DNA of 64,000 bases, from the IMG/VR virus record IMGVR_UViG_3300020492_000001, positions 12,305 through 76,304 of that record. One strand, 5' to 3'. A model generated the notes under the pieces. It did not search any database. It worked only from the letters and a program-made list of their open reading frames with translations, and had not been told where the DNA came from. The DNA is from a virus. Lineage: Duplodnaviria > Caudoviricetes. A program made the translations under genes and the position numbers. Shown here piece after piece: positions 58,399-64,000 of the stretch; position 1 is the first letter of the stretch; every line of letters begins with the position of its first letter.

Positions 58399-61300
58399 TT
58401 ATTTTATTTGATTTTCAACAAATGTTACAGCCTTACCTCCTGGTAAAATTCTCTTAGTTTTCTGCCAAGCATCTTCCTCAAATCCTACAAGTGCTTTAAA
58501 AGCATTTAACATATCTTTAATCTTACCTAAAACAGCAGCAGGGTTACTTACCATATACTTATCTTGTTCTAAATCAAAAATAAATAACACTTGACTTAAT
58601 GCGCTATCCCAATTTAATCCACCTTTTTTCTTATCATCATCGTCATCTCCTCCGTGTTTAAGAGCTAATAAAGCGCCGATAGTAGCCATTCCTTTTAAGT
58701 TTTGAACAAAAGCAGGATTAGTTAAAGCTTTTTTAATATCACCTTTCTTTAAATCGGTAGCCATTTCTTTAATTCCTACTCTTAACATCTTAGTATAAGA
58801 ACCTTCTTTCTCTTGGCCATAAGCATTAAAGTATCTAGCAGAGAATCTTTCTTTGAACCAATCTGGCATCCATACTTTAAATTGGAATAAAGCCTTACCA
58901 AACTCTCCGCGCATAATATTACGGCGGTCCTCGTCAGGATATTTACCTTGTATGTCTGTAACTCTATTCTTAATTTGAGTCATTTTAGACTTAATCTCAT
59001 CTTCAGTATATTTTCCGTTAGGTTTAACAGTTAATACATCGTTACCATACTTGTCTTTAGTAAACTCAAAGCTATCAAACTCTTCTTGACTAAGTAATCC
59101 TAATCCTAATGAACCTTGTATTTGATATTCACCTACTTGAGTACCCCACGTTGCTAACTTAGAAAATACACTACCTGCTTTAATTACAGGATGTGAGTCA
59201 AAGTCTTGGTTTACTAAGTTATACTTCTTAATAATAGCTAAAGCATAATCATTAACAATACCTATTTCTTTTCTACTTCCCTTACCTCCAAATAATCTAG
59301 CATTACCTCTAGCTAATGTTTCAGCATTCTCGGCTCTCCAATTATTGTAGTTACCTACAAATACGTTAATAGTATTAGCAGGAATATTAAACCACATAGT
59401 TGTACTTGCTACTAATTTTCTTAAAGATTTAATAGCAGCGTCAATAACAGGATCGTTCACGTATGGTTCTTTGAAAATCTGTAAAGCTTTCCAATCGTTA
59501 ATCCACTTAGATACATTCTTTTTAGGAACATATCCCTCTTCCATATAGCCATTCTTATTAAGATACTCTATAGCCTCCACTAATGGCATAATCTTACTAA
59601 TATGCTTAACGTGTGCTGACTCATCTATAAATTGATTCATAGCTTTATAGAAGTCTTTTGAGTAACCTCTATCCGCAGCTCTTGGCTTATCAAACTTACT
59701 TACTAATTGACCTTTCTCGTTTAATGAATACTCAGAATCTCCCTTTAATTCTAAAGGATTATCTTTCTCATCAATGTTTTGACCTTTCTTTAATTGGTAT
59801 CTAGCTTTAATGTTAGCTACAAGTAAATTGTATAAAGCCTTTGCTATACTCTTAATGTTTTTCTTATCAACGCCAGCGATAATCTCTTTTTCTATTTCAG
59901 AATAAGACATTACTTTACCATTATGTAAGATTCTTACTCTACCTAAATTAGTTGCTCCGCCGCCTAAGTAATAACTAAAAGCAGGGATTAAACCTTCTGA
60001 CTTATAAGCCTCTCTAAAGTTCTTATCAACTCTAATAGCACCCATCTTAACATTCTCATAGTCATTTGAAGACATAGATTCTCTATATCCTGCAACTGTT
60101 TCTCTATGGAAGTCTAAGTAGTCAAGTTTAGCCTTAGATAATCCTTTAGCTTTTGCTTCGTCTATTGTTAAGTAATCACCTTTTTCGTTAATCATCCACT
60201 CGAAGTACTTACTTGAGTCAGAACTAAATCTATTGGCGGCTTTACCTACAATACCTAATCTCTTATTCTCTTCTTGAATTACTTTTAATCCAAGTTTAGC
60301 ATGAGTATCTTTTAATGAATTAGCTTCAGTTATCTTGTCAATGATAGCTTTACCGTTTGCTAATGCTAAAGCTTGCATATCAGCGTTCTTTTCAGAGAAT
60401 TGAGAGTAGTGTAATATCTTACTTTGCAATGGACTAATATCACTTGTCTTACCTAAAGCCTCTATAAAGCCTTCGTTATCTTTATGTATCTCGTTTTGCT
60501 TAACAGTAACTAGATGTCCAAGTCTTTGATACGCTCTTTCTTTTACAGATTTAGCAGCTCTATCATTAAATGCGAATAGCTTAGTAATTAAATCATTAAG
60601 TTCTTCAATATTGTATTCATCTAAGTTATCATCTTCTAAGATAGCTTGTACTGCTCTAAAGTCTTTTTTATACTTCAAGTATCCTAAGTATCTTTTAGCT
60701 TTGATAGCAAACTCTTTACTAGCTTCTTTTAATAAAGCTCTTTGTTTCTCTAACTCAGCATCAGCAGCCTTAATTTCTTCATCAGTAACAGCTTCATCGG
60801 CGGCTATTGTAGCTAATTTCTCATCTTCTTTTACCTCTCTTAATTCTACAGTAGCTTGCTCGTATTTATCAAATTCTTTCTGAGCATCAAAGCCTTCTTC
60901 CATAGCATATTGATTATACTTTAATGCTTGCGCTGCGAATGGTTTTTTCTTTTCTTTATCAGTCTTTTGTAATTGTTCTTTCCCTGTAGCAACTCCTTCT
61001 AGGTTCTTAGTTTTAACACCTCCGATTATCTGTTTAGCAAGACTCTTAGCTACGTTTTTATCCATACCTAACTTCTGTTTTAACCAATCAAATATGTAGT
61101 CTAAGTAAGCTTTAAACTTACTTCTATCTTCAACTTTATCAAAGATGTCAGCGCCTTCTCTTCCGATTGCTTCTGCTAATACTTCTTTATCTAATTCTTG
61201 TTCACTTAATTCTTTGTAACGTTCTTTTGTTTCTGCATATAAAGGAGTTGTTCTTAGTTGTTTTACGGCTGCTTGTATAACTTTATTGTTATATCCCATA

Positions 61301-64000
61301 GCATCAATTAAAACGTGTCCTGCTTCATGTATAACGGTATCTAATCCTGCGTAATTAGGATTTAAGTAAATATTTTTACCGTCTGCCGATACCTTACCTG
61401 CAACCGTAGACTGACTCTCGTCAAATTTACCTGCATTTACTTCTACATTAATTTTAGGGAATGATGCAGCTATTTTATCCCTTACCTTAGTAATATCCCC
61501 TTTACGTTGAGATACTTTTTGGAATTGGTCAGGTCCATACTCACCTCTAACTATATCTTCTTCTCCACTTTTTTTGCTCTCAGTTTTAATAAAGACATCG
61601 TTAATTTCACCCTCATCTCCGAAGTAATCGGCTGAGATTTCTTTTGCGAGTTGTTCGTTTCTTTCGTTTTCATTTGTGTTTTCTATTTTTTCTGTTATTT
61701 GTATATATTCTTCCGCATTTACATTCTGGGATAGTTCCTTATCCTTTTCAAAATCAGATTCTTTTATATTATTCTCTTTAACATAAGCTTCTAATTCCTT
61801 AATCTCTTTATCAGTATATCCATCGTTAATTTCTCTTTCGTAAGCTTCAACAGCATAATCAATAGCTAAATCTCTGCCTCCTTCTGTTAAATATTCTTTT
61901 AAGAAGTTCATAGCTTCTAAGTTGAAATAAGATTCATCAACAGATTCATCATTTAAGTTAGCTCTGTTTTTATAACCTTGCAATAAAGACTCTAAATTAT
62001 ACCCTGTTTTAAAATCCTTCATCATAGAAGGAACGTCAGGAATATTTATAGTCACACTTTCTGCAAATTGACCTTTAGAACCTATAACCATAGCAAGGTA
62101 CTGAGGTATTGAAGTTGGAGTAGTATTTAAAGCATCTTTTCTTTTCTTAGCAATAGCTTTTTCAGCATCTATAACAGATTGTTCTCTTTTTACAGGAGCT
62201 TTCTTTACTTGCTTACCTTCGCTATCTAGTAATTGTATTTTACCTTTAAGTAAAGGTTTAAGTGAACCGCCAAACTCCTCAACTTCTTTTTGAATTTCTT
62301 TTCTAAGATTAACTCCAAATTCAGATTTCTTTTCATCACTACTTAATTGATTATAACCTTTTATTTTTCTTCTAAGACTTGAACTATCTTTTTTAGTAGT
62401 AGGTTCTTTTTTAGTAGATTCCTTTTCTGAACTAACTTCTTTCTTATTAGTTTCTTGTTTATTAATAATTTCTAATGCTCTTTCAGGCTTCATGTTATCC
62501 ACATTAACCTTACTATATCCTAAGTCAAATAATTGTTGTCTTACTGCTTTTGTAATAGTTAATGGAACTGACGCTTTTTGTTCTTTTACTTTAGCCTTTG
62601 CTTCTTCAACTATCTTATTAGTAGCTTCTTTAGCTTTCTCTGTAGGAGTTGGTTTAGGTTTAGGTTTAGTAAGTCTTTCTATAACATCACCGCCTTCAGG
62701 ATTTTCGTTATACATCTGTTGCTCTAAGGTTTTAAGTAAATCCTTTTGCTCTGCTGTATATAATTCATTGCCTGCTTTATCTAAAGACTCTGCGCTACCT
62801 AATTTAGTTTCTTTAGCCCATGATAAAAACTTGCCTGTTCTAGCATCAAATACTTTTAAAGCTATTTTGCCAGGCTTGTAATTAGGTCCTTTATCTTCAT
62901 TTAACGGATTGTTTAAGTCAACTGCGCGGATACCTACAGGTAATCCCTCTTCATTTCCTTGCGTTCTTTCACTTCTAAAGTGTCTTCTAAAAATATCATC
63001 CCATCTTACCGTCTTATCATTCTCATCTTTAAATTCTTGCTTAGAAGAGGCTACACGTATTTTCTTACCATCTTCCATAGTAACTTCTATAACATCACCC
63101 TTCATTCTATCTCCTTTATCATTAACATAAGAATATAATCTCTTAGTTAAGTTTCCGAATAGTTTTCTGTTAGGTTTATTATAAGCTTCTTTACGAACTA
63201 CTCTATGAATAGTCCGCGCATCAGTAGAAGGATTATTAAATTCTTCTGTATCTATTTCTTCATAAGTTCTTTTGTCGTCTTTCCAATAAGGTTTATTTTC
63301 AAGTTTAGGATATGTAATTACTTTTTCTTGACCTAAACCTTCAATATCGGGCTGTCTTGTTTTAGCTTTTTCAACTTCCTTTTCTTGACTCAACTTTGAG
63401 TTAGTTTCTTCTACCTTAATCTCCTTCTCTTTTTCTTTTTTAATACGCTCTTCTTCCTTTTTAGGAACTATTGGTTCACCTTTGATTTCTCCTTGGCGGA
63501 TAATATCATTTAATTCAGATTGAAGTTCTTTAGCTTGTTTCTGTTTACTCTCAACCTTTGCTCTAGCAATCGGATCAAGTTTAGAGATTTCATTCTCATT
63601 AGTTGGTATCTCAGTTTTAAGCCCTTGTATTTGGAATGATAATTCAAATGCTTTTTTCTCATCCTCTGGCTTTAAATTAACATCTTTAGTTTCTTCGTTA
63701 TACTTGCTATAAGCATCTATTTTAAAGTTAGCCTGCTCGTATTCTGGCGTAGTTATCTCTCCTTTATCTAAAGCATTATTTAAGTCAGTTCTTAAGGCAT
63801 TAACCGCTTCTGGACCTTCCTTAACTCTTTGGTAAGCATTAACAGATTGTCTATCATGGTTGTTTTTTAATACTTGAGATGGGATAGACATCATTCCTCC
63901 ACTAATAGCTCCTTGGGTAAAACTATTAACATAACTACCAAATGATTTAGCATCAAAGGCATCTGTTCCAAATTGTCCTCTCTCATCAGGAGTTAATTTA
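58399..64000 (-). CDS. Giant virion cargo/polyvalent protein with zincin-like motif; 5'-truncated by the window edge
   Basis: Frame stays open from 63894 to 63999 (KLTPDERG...QGAISGGMM), so >1866 aa; IHEAGH...EVLAEAIG metallopeptidase-like motif; K/E-rich coils. Confidence 0.7.
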   Translation of the reverse strand, partial: KLTPDERGQFGTDAFDAKSFGSYVNSFTQGAISGGMMSIPSQVLKNNHDRQSVNAYQRVKEGPEAVNALRTDLNNALDKGEITTPEYEQANFKIDAYSKYNEETKDVNLKPEDEKKAFELSFQIQGLKTEIPTNENEISKLDPIARAKVESKQKQAKELQSELNDIIRQGEIKGEPIVPKKEEERIKKEKEKEIKVEETNSKLSQEKEVEKAKTRQPDIEGLGQEKVITYPKLENKPYWKDDKRTYEEIDTEEFNNPSTDARTIHRVVRKEAYNKPNRKLFGNLTKRLYSYVNDKGDRMKGDVIEVTMEDGKKIRVASSKQEFKDENDKTVRWDDIFRRHFRSERTQGNEEGLPVGIRAVDLNNPLNEDKGPNYKPGKIALKVFDARTGKFLSWAKETKLGSAESLDKAGNELYTAEQKDLLKTLEQQMYNENPEGGDVIERLTKPKPKPTPTEKAKEATNKIVEEAKAKVKEQKASVPLTITKAVRQQLFDLGYSKVNVDNMKPERALEIINKQETNKKEVSSEKESTKKEPTTKKDSSSLRRKIKGYNQLSSDEKKSEFGVNLRKEIQKEVEEFGGSLKPLLKGKIQLLDSEGKQVKKAPVKREQSVIDAEKAIAKKRKDALNTTPTSIPQYLAMVIGSKGQFAESVTINIPDVPSMMKDFKTGYNLESLLQGYKNRANLNDESVDESYFNLEAMNFLKEYLTEGGRDLAIDYAVEAYEREINDGYTDKEIKELEAYVKENNIKESDFEKDKELSQNVNAEEYIQITEKIENTNENERNEQLAKEISADYFGDEGEINDVFIKTESKKSGEEDIVRGEYGPDQFQKVSQRKGDITKVRDKIAASFPKINVEVNAGKFDESQSTVAGKVSADGKNIYLNPNYAGLDTVIHEAGHVLIDAMGYNNKVIQAAVKQLRTTPLYAETKERYKELSEQELDKEVLAEAIGREGADIFDKVEDRSKFKAYLDYIFDWLKQKLGMDKNVAKSLAKQIIGGVKTKNLEGVATGKEQLQKTDKEKKKPFAAQALKYNQYAMEEGFDAQKEFDKYEQATVELREVKEDEKLATIAADEAVTDEEIKAADAELEKQRALLKEASKEFAIKAKRYLGYLKYKKDFRAVQAILEDDNLDEYNIEELNDLITKLFAFNDRAAKSVKERAYQRLGHLVTVKQNEIHKDNEGFIEALGKTSDISPLQSKILHYSQFSEKNADMQALALANGKAIIDKITEANSLKDTHAKLGLKVIQEENKRLGIVGKAANRFSSDSSKYFEWMINEKGDYLTIDEAKAKGLSKAKLDYLDFHRETVAGYRESMSSNDYENVKMGAIRVDKNFREAYKSEGLIPAFSYYLGGGATNLGRVRILHNGKVMSYSEIEKEIIAGVDKKNIKSIAKALYNLLVANIKARYQLKKGQNIDEKDNPLELKGDSEYSLNEKGQLVSKFDKPRAADRGYSKDFYKAMNQFIDESAHVKHISKIMPLVEAIEYLNKNGYMEEGYVPKKNVSKWINDWKALQIFKEPYVNDPVIDAAIKSLRKLVASTTMWFNIPANTINVFVGNYNNWRAENAETLARGNARLFGGKGSRKEIGIVNDYALAIIKKYNLVNQDFDSHPVIKAGSVFSKLATWGTQVGEYQIQGSLGLGLLSQEEFDSFEFTKDKYGNDVLTVKPNGKYTEDEIKSKMTQIKNRVTDIQGKYPDEDRRNIMRGEFGKALFQFKVWMPDWFKERFSARYFNAYGQEKEGSYTKMLRVGIKEMATDLKKGDIKKALTNPAFVQNLKGMATIGALLALKHGGDDDDDKKKGGLNWDSALSQVLFIFDLEQDKYMVSNPAAVLGKIKDMLNAFKALVGFEEDAWQKTKRILPGGKAVTFVENQIK

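Noticed and set aside
1936-63130. Antisense ORFs in the track (e.g. 1936, 4796, 7292, 13870, 18332, 24203, 26018, 38619, 42239, 44032, 44859, 45798, 60611, 62492)
   Set aside because: They lie opposite well-supported genes, lack A-rich leaders and have shadow-frame composition.
58399-63894. Virion RNA polymerase catalytic subunit
   Set aside because: No convincing DxDxD metal-binding motif in the visible portion; it may be encoded outside the window.
1-64000. Stop-codon reassignment as in some crAss-like phages
   Set aside because: Long genes are intact in the standard code, TAG and TGA end real genes (e.g. 41114, 43966, 28533), and the tRNA-Gln is TTG, not a suppressor.
1-64000. Diversity-generating retroelement
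   Set aside because: No reverse transcriptase and no template/variable repeat pair differing at adenines was seen.

Overview
AT-rich segment of a Bacteroidota-infecting tailed phage with a crAss-like (Crassvirales-type) virion module. The minus strand carries TerL, portal, scaffold, major capsid, auxiliary capsid, ring, fibre and lysis genes at 1-19.5 kb, and tail genes plus a giant cargo-type protein at 55.5-64 kb (open at the window edge). The middle holds a repeat-rich non-coding divergence point (23.3-24.2 kb), short early-type genes, a tRNA/ncRNA cluster and replication/recombination genes (SF2 helicase, initiator, DnaB, SSB-like, RusA-like). No DNA polymerase is present in the window. 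The main finding is an apparently complete integron-like system at 40.15-46.06 kb. It has 13 attC-like imperfect palindromes (RYYYAAC...GTTRRRY) delimiting 13 cassettes, each with its own matching terminal inverted repeats. A terminal half-site (attI-like) abuts an intact tyrosine recombinase. The geometry suggests an inverted integron: the cargo genes run antisense to the classical orientation, 7 of them start inside their own recombination site, and all are read from a phage-type promoter at the distal end. Three other dispersed motifs (a bipartite promoter, GGAANTATAAT and a 16-bp palindrome) and several candidate structured RNAs were also found. All functional calls come from motif reading only; no database searches were run.
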